Translations under genes and position numbers: made by a program
From: Herminiimonas sp.
GTDB lineage: Bacteria; Pseudomonadota; Gammaproteobacteria; Burkholderiales; Burkholderiaceae_D
Reading direction: 5' to 3'
Length of the DNA stretch: 33,440 nt
Assembly (NCBI GenBank): GCA_043753685.1
Contig: JAYUWF010000315.1
Span: forward strand, 1 to 33,440
Notes under the pieces: model-generated
The model's input: the letters and a program-made list of their open reading frames with translations, nothing else
The model's database searches: none
Told to the model about the DNA's origin: nothing
Part shown: piece after piece, positions 25,236 to 33,440 of the stretch
Position numbering within the stretch: position 1 is the stretch's first letter
Layout: every line of letters starts with the position of its first letter

Positions 25236-26675
25236 TCAGTAACGATAGGTCTCAGGCTTGTAAGGGCCCACCGTTTGCACGCCGATGTAATCGGCCTGCT
25301 CGGTGCTCAGCTCGGTCAGTTGCGCATTCAGTTTCTTCAACTGCAGACGCGCAACCTTTTCATCCAGGTGCTTCGGCAAGGTGTAGACGCCGACCGGATA
25401 CTTGGCCGTCTGGCCGAACAGTTCGATCTGGGCGATCACCTGATTGGCGAAGGACGAACTCATCACGTACGAAGGATGACCGGTACCGCAACCGAGGTTG
25501 ACCAGGCGGCCCTCTGCCAGCAGGATGATGCGCTTGCCGTCCGGGAAAATCACGTGATCGACCTGTGGCTTGATGTTCTCCCAAGTGTACTGCTTCAGGG
25601 CCGCGACTTCGATCTCGTTGTCGAAATGGCCGATGTTGCAGACGATCGCCTGGTCCTTCATCTTCTGCATGTGCGCATGCGTGATGACGTGGTAGTTGCC
25701 GGTGGCGGTGACGAAGATGTCGGCATGTTCTGCCGCGTAATCCATGGTCACGACGCGGTAGCCTTCCATCGCTGCCTGCAGCGCGCAGATCGGATCGATC
25801 TCGGTGACCCAGACCTGGGCCGACAGAGCCCGCAGCGCTTGGGCCGAACCCTTGCCGACGTCGCCATAACCGGCCACGACCGCGACCTTGCCGGCGATCA
25901 TGACGTCGGTGGCGCGCTTGATGCCGTCGACCAGCGATTCACGGCAACCGTACAGGTTGTCGAACTTCGACTTGGTGACCGAATCGTTGACGTTGATTGC
26001 CGGGAAGGCCAGCTTGCCTTCCTTGTGCATCTGGTACAGGCGATGCACGCCGGTGGTGGTCTCTTCGGTCACGCCCTTGACTTCGGCCAGGCGCTTGGAA
26101 TACCAGCCGGTGGTCGTGGCCAGGCGCTTCTTGATCGAATTGAAGAGGCAGATTTCTTCTTCCGAGGTCGGATTGTCGAGCACCGATGCATCCTGCTCGG
26201 CGCGCGTGCCCAGATGCAGCAACAGGGTCGCATCGCCGCCGTCGTCGAGAATCATGTTGGCGTGTTCTGCGCCGTTGGCACCGTTCGGCCATTCGAAGAT
26301 GCGGTGGGTGAATTCCCAATAGTCGTCCAGCGACTCGCCCTTGAAGGCAAATACCGGCGTGCCGGCCGCGGCGATGGCTGCAGCGGCGTGATCCTGGGTC
26401 GAATAGATGTTGCACGAAGCCCAGCGCACCTGTGCGCCGAGCGCTTCGAGCGTCTCGATCAGGACCGCGGTCTGGATTGTCATGTGGATGGAGCCGGTGA
26501 TGCGCGCACCCTTCAACGGCTGGGCAGCGGCAAATTCTTCACGGATCGCCATCAGGCCGGGCATTTCCGTCTCGGCGATCCTGATTTCTTTGCGGCCCCA
26601 GTCGGCGAGACTGAGATCGGCAACGTGGAAGTCTTTAAATGGAGTGGAATTGGTGTTTAAAACTGCGGCGTTCAT
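25236..26675 (-). CDS. ahcY: Adenosylhomocysteinase
   Basis: [23 protein letters not shown], the NAD-binding [10 protein letters not shown] motif, and the C-terminal YRY. GGAGG lies 5 nt upstream of the ATG at 26675. Confidence 0.97.
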   Translation of the reverse strand: MNAAVLNTNSTPFKDFHVADLSLADWGRKEIRIAETEMPGLMAIREEFAAAQPLKGARITGSIHMTIQTAVLIETLEALGAQVRWASCNIYSTQDHAAAAIAAAGTPVFAFKGESLDDYWEFTHRIFEWPNGANGAEHANMILDDGGDATLLLHLGTRAEQDASVLDNPTSEEEICLFNSIKKRLATTTGWYSKRLAEVKGVTEETTTGVHRLYQMHKEGKLAFPAINVNDSVTKSKFDNLYGCRESLVDGIKRATDVMIAGKVAVVAGYGDVGKGSAQALRALSAQVWVTEIDPICALQAAMEGYRVVTMDYAAEHADIFVTATGNYHVITHAHMQKMKDQAIVCNIGHFDNEIEVAALKQYTWENIKPQVDHVIFPDGKRIILLAEGRLVNLGCGTGHPSYVMSSSFANQVIAQIELFGQTAKYPVGVYTLPKHLDEKVARLQLKKLNAQLTELSTEQADYIGVQTVGPYKPETYRY

Positions 26676-26707
26676 CACGCCCTCCTTTCGTTAGAAAAAA
26701 AGAAACG

Positions 26708-26776
26708 TGAGCGCAGTTGCGGGGGAAAAGCCATCCAAGCCTGGCACCGGAACCGGTGCTGCAACGCTCCTTGGGG
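26708..26776 (-). promoter_or_regulatory. SAH riboswitch (S-adenosylhomocysteine-sensing) in the ahcY leader
   Basis: Minus-strand RNA: CCAAGGAGCGUUGC-AGCACCGGUUCCGGUGCC-AGGCUUGG-(14 nt)-GCAACUGCGCUCAC. P1 pairs CCAAG with CUUGG. There is a GCACCGG/CCGGUGC hairpin. The pseudoknot-forming GAGCGUUGC / GCAAC.GCGCUC pair matches the conserved SAH-element cores (GGAGCG.UGC, AGGCU.GG, GCGCUCA). A TATAAT box lies just upstream at 26782-26787, and the SD and ATG follow about 30 nt downstream. Confidence 0.85.
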
Positions 26777-26918
26777 GTGGGATTATAACCGAGTTAAGGC
26801 AAAACCCGGCGCAGCCCAAGCACGCCGTGGCAGTTGGCCAACGGTATGCGCGCCGTGCCCGAGATTGCTTGTCGAAATGAACAGGTTCAGCGCCGCCAGC
26901 CTGCCCTGCCCCGTGTCC

Positions 26919-27848
26919 TCAGGCAGGTCCCGATTTCTGTGACGTGCGCACCAGCCAGTCGAGCATGTCGAGCCAGATCTTCTGCGCCTCGGCGTCGCTC
27001 GGCATCGCCTGGGCATTCGGCAGTTCGATCGTAATCACCGGCACATTCCTGAACTTGCCGCTGTAGTTGCCGAGCGAACCGGGATACACGCCGACCGGAT
27101 TCAATACCAGGCGGCCGAAACGCTGCGGCGCCGGCGCCGGACCATCGAAATCGAGAACGCCAAACGGTGCATGGACCGAAATGATGACGTGCGGCTTGAA
27201 GCGCTGCATTTCCGCGTTGACCCAGCGCGTTTCGGGTTCCGACAAGGGCGTCTTGCCGGGAAAACGGCGTGGATCGCTGCCGGTTTCCTTGATCCAGTAG
27301 CGCGGTGCCTCGGTATTCCAGCCAGGCGTAGGGAAGTTCCGGTTCAGGTCGACGCCGTTCGCATTGACCCGCAGCGGTCGCGCAGCCAGCAAGCCGTCGG
27401 GGTTGAGAACCGGCACGACATCCCAGATGAAATTCTGGGCGCCGCCGGAGGGAATCATTTTCATCCACTGGAACACGATGGCGGATGCCGTGAGTTCGTC
27501 GCCGTGTATGCCGCCGAGCAGCAGGATGCGGATCGGCGCGCGGGCCGGCTCGCGGCCCTGGCCTTTCGCGTCGCGCGTCTTGGGCGGCGAGAAGCGCCGG
27601 ATCAGGATCGGAAAGCCGTTGCGGGAACGGGCGCCGCTGGCGACCAGGCCCTGTTTCTGGCACGATGCGGCGGTCACGCCGGGCAGGCGTTCGCTCAGGC
27701 GCTTGCACCATTGTGCGGAATCATTTTTGGCAGGCGCGGCGGACCCTGCCTTGGCGGCCGTGGGCCGGGCTGCGGCGACCGGGGGCGCCCCTACCAGCAG
27801 CATCACCATTGCCATCGATACCGCGCAAAGGCTGGCCGTCTTCAGCAC
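26919..27848 (-). CDS. M14 family zinc carboxypeptidase / murein peptide amidase (MpaA-like), secreted
   Basis: Zn motif GGIHGDELTAS (HxxE), NPDG, NANGVDLNRNFP, and the second His in ISVHAPFG. Signal peptide LKTASLCAVSMAMVMLLVGAPPVAAA. Start is uncertain (GTG 27848, TTG 27860 or ATG 27815). The track ORF extends into metK and is over-long. Confidence 0.8.
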   Translation of the reverse strand: MLKTASLCAVSMAMVMLLVGAPPVAAARPTAAKAGSAAPAKNDSAQWCKRLSERLPGVTAASCQKQGLVASGARSRNGFPILIRRFSPPKTRDAKGQGREPARAPIRILLLGGIHGDELTASAIVFQWMKMIPSGGAQNFIWDVVPVLNPDGLLAARPLRVNANGVDLNRNFPTPGWNTEAPRYWIKETGSDPRRFPGKTPLSEPETRWVNAEMQRFKPHVIISVHAPFGVLDFDGPAPAPQRFGRLVLNPVGVYPGSLGNYSGKFRNVPVITIELPNAQAMPSDAEAQKIWLDMLDWLVRTSQKSGPA

Positions 27849-27873
27849 TGCCGGTACCAACTCGAGCCGTTGA

Positions 27874-29034
27874 CTATCCAGCCAGCGCCCGCAACGCTGC
27901 CGCCTTGTCGGTACGTTCCCATGTGAATTCCGGTTCCTCGCGGCCAAAGTGGCCATATGCAGCAGTTTTTTGATAGATCGGGCGCAGCAGGTCGAGCATT
28001 TGCACGATGCCTTTCGGCCGCAGGTCGAACAGTTCGAGCACCAGTTCGGCCAGCTTTTCATCGCTGATCTTGCCGGTACCAAAAGTCGTCACCATCACCG
28101 AAGTCGGCTTGGCAATGCCGATCGCATACGACACCTGGATCTGGCAGCGGCTGGCCAGTCCGGCGGCCACGATGTTCTTGGCCACATAGCGGCCGGCATA
28201 GGCTGCCGAGCGATCGACCTTCGACGGATCCTTGCCGGAAAACGCGCCACCGCCATGTGGCGCAGCGCCACCATAAGTATCGACGATGATCTTGCGCCCG
28301 GTCAATCCACAATCGCCCTGCGGGCCGCCAATGACGAAACGACCGGTTGGATTGACCAGATAACGGGTATTGTTGAGCCAATCCTGTGGCACAACCGGCT
28401 TGATGATCATTTCGATCACCGCTTCTTCGATCTGTTTATGCGTGATCTCCGGCGCATGCTGGGTCGACAGCACGATGGTGTCGATGCCGACCGGCTTGCC
28501 ATCGACGTAGCGCAGGGTCACCTGCGACTTCGCATCCGGACGCAGCCACGGCAGGCGCCCGTCCTTGCGCAACTGCGACTGCCGTTCCACGATGCGATGC
28601 GCATAGTGGATCGCGGCCGGCATCAGTTCCGGTGTCTCGTCGCAGGCGTAGCCGAACATCAGGCCCTGGTCGCCGGCACCCTGGTCGAGATCCATGCCAC
28701 TGCCTTCATCGACGCCCTGGGCGATATCGGGCGACTGCTTGTCGTAGCAGACCATGACGGCACAGCTTTTATAGTCGATACCGTAATCGGCGTTGTCGTA
28801 ACCGATGCGCTTGATGGTCTCGCGCGCCACGCCGATGTAATCGACGTTGGCATGCGTGGTGATTTCACCGGCCAACACCACCAGGCCGGTATTGCAGAGG
28901 GTTTCGGCGGCAACGCGCGCCTTCGGGTCAATGGCCAGGATGGCATCGAGGATGGCGTCCGAGATCTGGTCGGAGACCTTGTCGGGATGGCCTTCGGAAA
29001 CGGATTCCGAGGTAAACAGGTAGGAATTGGCCAT
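27874..29034 (-). CDS. metK: S-adenosylmethionine synthetase
   Basis: [55 protein letters not shown] sits upstream of the ATG at 29034. The track ORF start at 29214 is an over-extension. Confidence 0.97.
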   Translation of the reverse strand: MANSYLFTSESVSEGHPDKVSDQISDAILDAILAIDPKARVAAETLCNTGLVVLAGEITTHANVDYIGVARETIKRIGYDNADYGIDYKSCAVMVCYDKQSPDIAQGVDEGSGMDLDQGAGDQGLMFGYACDETPELMPAAIHYAHRIVERQSQLRKDGRLPWLRPDAKSQVTLRYVDGKPVGIDTIVLSTQHAPEITHKQIEEAVIEMIIKPVVPQDWLNNTRYLVNPTGRFVIGGPQGDCGLTGRKIIVDTYGGAAPHGGGAFSGKDPSKVDRSAAYAGRYVAKNIVAAGLASRCQIQVSYAIGIAKPTSVMVTTFGTGKISDEKLAELVLELFDLRPKGIVQMLDLLRPIYQKTAAYGHFGREEPEFTWERTDKAAALRALAG

Positions 29035-29324
29035 GGCAGGCTCCTGAAAAAAGTGGGTGACCATGTCGCGGCCAACCAAATGAGCCTGCGACGCTTTAGC
29101 GAAATTTATAGACCGCCTCGCAAGTTGTCTGTTAACTCGGCGGTTGTAACGGGCGACGTTGGAGCCGCCTTGCTGTAATTCGGTGCTGTGTGCCAGCCAT
29201 GCAATGTGCCGCAAGACCGATCAAAACCATGCTGTCACTATTAAGATTACGGCGAAGCTGCCGGAAACTTTCATGATATTTTACCCGTCTTGAAAAAATT
29301 CGGCAGAATTAACGGCCCGCCTCG

Positions 29325-30197
29325 ATGCTCGTCTCACTCTTCCGACTCCTGTCCCACCTGCCATTGGGCGTGCTGCATGTGCTCGGCATGCTGCTTGGAT
29401 GGCTGGTGTATCTGGCTTCGCCGTCGTATCGCCGGCGCCTGGATTTGAACCTGGCGCGGGCCGGCTATGCCGACCAGCGCCGGCGTGCCATCGGTGAATC
29501 CGGCAAGAGCCTGCTGGAACTGCCCTTTGTCTGGTGCGCACCGCCGGCGCGGGTCCTGGCGACTGCCCGCATCGACGACTGGGCGCTGGCGCAAGCGGCG
29601 CTCGATGCCGGCCGGGGCGTGATCTTTTTGACGCCGCATCTGGGTTGTTTCGAAATCATCGCCCAGGCGATCGCCGCGAAACTGCCGCTGACCGCGCTCT
29701 ACCGGCCGCCGCGCAAGAGCGCCTTGAAACCCTTGATCGAAGGCGCCCGCTCGCGCCCCAATCTCCTGCTCGCGCCCGCCAACCTGGGTGGCGTGCGCAT
29801 GCTGCTCAAAGCGCTGAAAGGCGGCGGCGCGGTCGGCCTGTTGCCGGACCAGGTGCCACAACACGGCGAAGGCGTGTGGGCGCCGTTCTTCGACACCCCG
29901 GCCTACACCATGACGCTGCCAGCCAAGTTACAACAGATGACCGGCGCCGCCATCATCCTGTCCTACGCCGAACGTTTGCCGGCGGGACGCGGTTTCGTGG
30001 TGCGCTTCGTACCGTGCGAGCCATTGCAGGCCACCACCCCGGAAGGGCAGGCACGCGCGATCAACGCCGCGATGGAAGCACTGATCGCGCGCTGCCCGGC
30101 GCAATACTTCTGGAGCTACAACCGTTTCAAGGTACCGAGCGGGGTGGCGCCACCACCGGCTCCCGGCCCGGCGGAAGCTGCGATGGCGCCTTCGTGA
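29325..30197 (+). CDS. Lipid A biosynthesis late acyltransferase (LpxL/HtrB family)
   Basis: N-terminal membrane anchor LSHLPLGVLHVLGMLLGWLVY, LTPHLGCFE (HX4E-type acyltransferase motif), YRPPR and CPAQYFWSYNRFK, all typical of LpxL/LpxM-family enzymes. Confidence 0.85.
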   Translation: MLVSLFRLLSHLPLGVLHVLGMLLGWLVYLASPSYRRRLDLNLARAGYADQRRRAIGESGKSLLELPFVWCAPPARVLATARIDDWALAQAALDAGRGVIFLTPHLGCFEIIAQAIAAKLPLTALYRPPRKSALKPLIEGARSRPNLLLAPANLGGVRMLLKALKGGGAVGLLPDQVPQHGEGVWAPFFDTPAYTMTLPAKLQQMTGAAIILSYAERLPAGRGFVVRFVPCEPLQATTPEGQARAINAAMEALIARCPAQYFWSYNRFKVPSGVAPPPAPGPAEAAMAPS

Positions 30198-31132
30198 GGG
30201 CCCTGCTGGCAGCGATGTGGCTGCTGCACTGGTTGCCCCTGCCGGTCCTGGGCCGGCTGGGTGAAGCCATCGGCAGCCTGTTGTTCGTGGTGATGGCGCC
30301 GCGCCGGAAAATCACCCTGATCAATCTGCGCCTGTGCCTGCCCGAGCTGGACGAGCCTGCGCGGCGTCGGCTGGCGCGGCGGCATTTTCAGGCGTACGCG
30401 CGCAGCATCCTGGAGCGCGGCATTCTCTGGTGGGCCTCGGAACGGCGCCTGCGCCGGCTGATCCGGGTCGAGCCCGGCGTACCGCTCGACGCCTTCGCCG
30501 CCGGTCCGCTGATCCTGCTGTGTCCGCATTTCGTTTGCCTGGACGTGGCCGGCGTGGCGATCGCACTCGAGGCTTCGGCCTGCTCCATTTATACCCGGCA
30601 GCAGAACAAGGTATTCGACGATGCCCTGCGGCGCGGTCGGGAGCGCTTCCATCCGGTCAAGATCTTTGCCCGCAGCGCCGGCATCAAGCCGGTGATTCGC
30701 GCAATGCGGGCCAGGCTGCCGTTCTTCATGCTGCCGGACATGGACTTCGGCATCAAGGACGCGGCCTTCGTGCCGTTTTTCGGCATACCGGCCGCCACGC
30801 TCACGGCCACCGCACGCATTGCGGCGGCCACCGATGCCAGCGTGATTCCGGTGATCGCCACTTATCTGCCGCATTACCGCGGCTGGATCGTGCGATTCCA
30901 TCCGCGCTGGGACGACTATCCGGGACCGGACCTGGTGGCCGCCACCACCCGCATGAACCGGTTCATCGAAGAACAGGTACGCAAGACACCGGCCGAATAC
31001 CTGTGGACCCACAAGCGCTTCAAGACGCGCCCGCCCGGCGAGCCGGATCTGTATGGCCGCCCGAGCGCGCACCACCACGACGACGACGGCTCCCGCGGCG
31101 ATGCTGGCAAGACCGACACGGCGGCCGGCTGA
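30194..31132 (+). CDS. Second lipid A late acyltransferase (LpxL/LpxM family paralog)
   Basis: A GTG start overlaps the upstream stop (GTGA); alternative ATG at 30215. LLHWLPLPVLGRLGEAIG..., LCPHFVCLD (HX4D motif), TPAEYLWTHKRFK. The hydrophilic C-terminal tail is RPSAHHHDDDGSRGD. Confidence 0.85.
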   Translation: MRALLAAMWLLHWLPLPVLGRLGEAIGSLLFVVMAPRRKITLINLRLCLPELDEPARRRLARRHFQAYARSILERGILWWASERRLRRLIRVEPGVPLDAFAAGPLILLCPHFVCLDVAGVAIALEASACSIYTRQQNKVFDDALRRGRERFHPVKIFARSAGIKPVIRAMRARLPFFMLPDMDFGIKDAAFVPFFGIPAATLTATARIAAATDASVIPVIATYLPHYRGWIVRFHPRWDDYPGPDLVAATTRMNRFIEEQVRKTPAEYLWTHKRFKTRPPGEPDLYGRPSAHHHDDDGSRGDAGKTDTAAG

Positions 31133-31182
31133 GGACAGCGGCACAGGCCTGGCTGGCGCAATGAAGCCGTTATAATCGGCGC

Positions 31183-32058
31183 ATGAAACTCAAGTTCACC
31201 AAGATGCATGGCGCCGGCAACGACTTCATCGTCCTCGACGCCACCGCGCACGCGCTCGAACTGGCGCCGGCGCAATGGCGGGCGCTGGCCGATCGTCACT
31301 TCGGCATCGGCGCCGACCAGATCCTGGTAGTCGAGCAAGCGCGCACGCCGGACACCGACTTCCGCTATCGGATCTATAACGCCGACGGTGGCGAAGTCGA
31401 GCAATGCGGCAATGGCGCGCGCGCCTTCGTGAAATTCGTGACCGACCGCGGCTTGACGAGCAAGCGCACGCTGCGGGTCGAAACCATGTCGGGCGTGATC
31501 GAACCTTTGCTCGAAGCCGATGGCCGCATCACGGTCAACATGGGCGCGCCGGTCCTGACGCCGGCGGAGGTACCGTTCGACTCGGCCGGCCTGGCGCCGC
31601 GATTGGTCGGGGAAGAGGCGCTCTGGCCGCTGGAAATCGCCGGCCGCACGCACTGGGTCGCGGTGCTGTCGATGGGGAACCCGCATGCGGTGCAGATCGT
31701 CGACGATACCAACGCGGCGCCGGTGGAGCAGGATGGCCCGCTGATCGAATCGCACCCCCGCTTTCCACGCCGCGTCAACGCCGGCTTCATGCAAATACTG
31801 TCGCGTGCGCACATCCGCCTGCGCGTCCACGAGCGCGGCGCCGGCGAGACGCTCGCTTGCGGCACCGGCGCGTGCGCCGCGGTCGTCAGCGGTATCCGGC
31901 GCGGCCTGCTCGATGCGCTGGTGACGGTCGAGACCCGCGGCGGCGACCTGTCGATCGGCTGGGCCGGCGGCAGCGCGCCGGTCTATCTGACCGGTCCGGC
32001 AGTGACGGTCTTCGAAGGTGAGATCACGTTGGCGCCAACCATTCAAGCGGCGGCTTGA
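31183..32058 (+). CDS. dapF: Diaminopimelate epimerase
   Basis: [19 protein letters not shown], active-site CGNGARA and [13 protein letters not shown]. Confidence 0.96.
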   Translation: MKLKFTKMHGAGNDFIVLDATAHALELAPAQWRALADRHFGIGADQILVVEQARTPDTDFRYRIYNADGGEVEQCGNGARAFVKFVTDRGLTSKRTLRVETMSGVIEPLLEADGRITVNMGAPVLTPAEVPFDSAGLAPRLVGEEALWPLEIAGRTHWVAVLSMGNPHAVQIVDDTNAAPVEQDGPLIESHPRFPRRVNAGFMQILSRAHIRLRVHERGAGETLACGTGACAAVVSGIRRGLLDALVTVETRGGDLSIGWAGGSAPVYLTGPAVTVFEGEITLAPTIQAAA

Positions 32059-32139
32059 ACCACCTGCAGGATTGCCTGGGCAGTCGATGGCCGATCGCGC
32101 CTTGCGGCGACTCGCACGGCCAAAAACGGCCTTGCCTGC

Positions 32140-33440
32140 TTATCCGCCATGGCCGTGCGCAGCCGACACGGCAACGCTACTGGCCTGCAATTGCTTGAGC
32201 CGGTAGAGCCGCTGGCGATAATTGCTGCGCAGCGTGCTACGCAGTACATCCGCCTCGGCCGGCAAACGGCGTCGATCGCCATTACTTTCGCTACTGGCGC
32301 GCAAATCCCCGCATTCTTCCAGCCGGCGCGTAATGCGCAGCAATGCATGCCGTTGTTGCAGCGCCGGCACGCCGATCAGGCGGCGCCGGCTGTGGCCGTG
32401 GCCGGCGCGCACATCGACGAGCAGGCAGTGATTGCAGTCGGCGGTGCGCAAATCGATCAACAATGCTTCGGCGCGTGAGAGGCCAAAGATCGAGGCCAGT
32501 TCGATGCGCGCCGTGAGCGCTGGATGACATTCGCTGGCGCCCGGCGGCAAGCCGGCCAGCAGTGCACGCGCCCACGCGGCCGGCGCCGGCGCCGGCGCGA
32601 CTTTCTCGAGCAGTTCCGCGGCCGCCCGTACCCCTTTGGCTGCGGCTTGCTGCAACCAGTAGGCGGCCCGGATGTCGGCCGCCGGGTCGCGCCGCCGCAG
32701 GCGCCATGCGCTGATGCCCATTTCATGTTGTGCCTGCGCGTGCCCGGCCAGCGCCGCGCGCTCCAGGTGCAGGCGCGCATCCTGCACGCTACGCTGTGAA
32801 AATTCCGGCTTGAGATAAATCTTCGACAACGCATAGGCTGCCTCCGCCAGACCCTGTCCGGCTGCCAGCAGCAACCAGCGAATCGCCCGCTTGTATTGCG
32901 CCGCACCGGGAACCGACGGCACCCGTACGCCATCGCTGTCGATGCGGGCCAGCCATAGCCCCAGCGATAGCCGCGCCTGGCCGTCGCCGGCCGTGGCGCT
33001 GCGTTCGAGTCGCGCTTCGATCTCGACGGGGTCGGCAGTGGCGCTTTGGTACAACGCCTGCTCCCCACGCTGCAACAGCGCCGGATCAAAAACGGCGCCG
33101 GTCATTTCGGCGCCGGACTGAACCGGTCTTGCGTTGGCCATTGCCGCCCGCGCCGGCGCAGACCCGGCGCACGCTTCCGGTCCCAGTGCCGACAGCGCCT
33201 TGTGGCGCAACGGCGGCGTGACCGCCTGCGCCGGCATTGCCAGCACCAGCCGCGCCAGTTCAAATCCGGCCTGCGCATCGCCGGCGTCATAGGCGCGTTC
33301 ATACCAGCACAGCACGCTCTGGCCAAGCCCGACGCGCAACGCCACTTCGCACGGCACATGTCGGCCGATCAGACCCCAGGCCTCGGCAATATTCTGCTGC
33401 GCCGCGCGATCGAGCCAGTACAGCGCGGTCGGAAGGCTTT
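32140..33440 (-). CDS. Sel1-like (SLR/TPR-type) repeat protein with a non-repeat C-terminal region; 5' end lies beyond the window
   Basis: The reading frame stays open to the window edge (ALYWLDRAAQQNIAEAWGLIGRHV...), so the listed GTG at 33357 is internal. It has repeated A.YWL..AA..G...A motifs (WYERAYDAGDAQAGFELA; WLLLAAGQGLAEAAYAL; LERAALAGHAQAQHEMG; YWLQQAAAKG). The last ~150 aa are non-repetitive. Confidence 0.75.
   Translation of the reverse strand, partial: SLPTALYWLDRAAQQNIAEAWGLIGRHVPCEVALRVGLGQSVLCWYERAYDAGDAQAGFELARLVLAMPAQAVTPPLRHKALSALGPEACAGSAPARAAMANARPVQSGAEMTGAVFDPALLQRGEQALYQSATADPVEIEARLERSATAGDGQARLSLGLWLARIDSDGVRVPSVPGAAQYKRAIRWLLLAAGQGLAEAAYALSKIYLKPEFSQRSVQDARLHLERAALAGHAQAQHEMGISAWRLRRRDPAADIRAAYWLQQAAAKGVRAAAELLEKVAPAPAPAAWARALLAGLPPGASECHPALTARIELASIFGLSRAEALLIDLRTADCNHCLLVDVRAGHGHSRRRLIGVPALQQRHALLRITRRLEECGDLRASSESNGDRRRLPAEADVLRSTLRSNYRQRLYRLKQLQASSVAVSAAHGHGG

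Noticed and set aside
25176-26660. A 494-aa plus-strand ORF.
   Set aside because: It is antisense to ahcY, one of the best-conserved genes in the window. This is a GC3 artefact.
26777-26918. The spacer between the M14 gene stop and the ahcY promoter, examined for a terminator or small gene.
   Set aside because: Only imperfect long-loop pairings were found (for example cggcgca...tgcgcgccg followed by GGTTTT). The 77-aa ORF here (26783-27016) overlaps the M14 gene and has an Arg-rich artefact composition.
27949-29178. A 409-aa plus-strand ORF.
   Set aside because: It is antisense to metK, for the same reason as above.
30116-32046. Long minus-strand ORFs (30116-31144 and 30916-32046), plus the 532-aa plus-strand ORF 29534-31132.
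   Set aside because: The minus-strand ORFs are antisense to the second acyltransferase gene and to dapF. The 532-aa ORF is the second acyltransferase frame extended upstream, out of frame, through the first gene. Its real start is the GTG at 30194 or the ATG at 30215.
1-33440. A search for mobile elements, CRISPR arrays, tRNA/rRNA genes and defence or toxin systems.
   Set aside because: I saw no transposase, integrase or recombinase motifs, no regularly spaced 25-40 bp repeats, no tRNA T-arm-like GGTTCGAATCC-type sequences, and no local GC drop large enough to suggest an island. The only AT-rich stretches are short promoter-bearing intergenic regions.

Overview
This is a GC-rich chromosomal segment with strong third-position GC bias. 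Gene content and order (metK, divergent tandem lipid A late acyltransferases, dapF; SAH-riboswitch-ahcY-metF; PhaM; IOR-family enzyme) look like core genome of a Burkholderiales, possibly Oxalobacteraceae-like, betaproteobacterium. I call 30 protein-coding genes, two of them cut by the window edges, plus one riboswitch, one clear intrinsic terminator and a few small repeats and hairpins. I found no rRNA, tRNA, CRISPR array, transposase, integrase, phage or defence-type genes, so this is housekeeping or accessory-metabolic DNA rather than an island. Functional blocks, left to right: (1) the tail of an MFS-DUF3833-SDR-NTF2 operon; (2) an orphan TupA-like binding protein, PhaM, and two tandem DUF3108 paralogs; (3) queC and a GGDEF cyclase; (4) a cytochrome b / MsrP-like molybdoenzyme / Met-rich MXKDX-repeat protein unit; (5) an aromatic amino-acid block (IOR-family oxidoreductase, phhA, hpd, Lrp-type regulator); (6) GNAT, cca, GST, NDUFA9-like SDR, slt; (7) a one-carbon/methyl-cycle block (5-FCL, metF, ahcY with SAH riboswitch, M14 peptidase, metK); (8) two late acyltransferases, dapF and a Sel1-repeat protein. 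The best candidate for something undescribed is block 4, a possible periplasmic methionine redox or metal-buffering module. It is a hypothesis built on sequence motifs and gene order only. Most long alternative-frame ORFs in the supplied track are high-GC antisense artefacts. All family assignments come from motif recognition by eye, with no database search.
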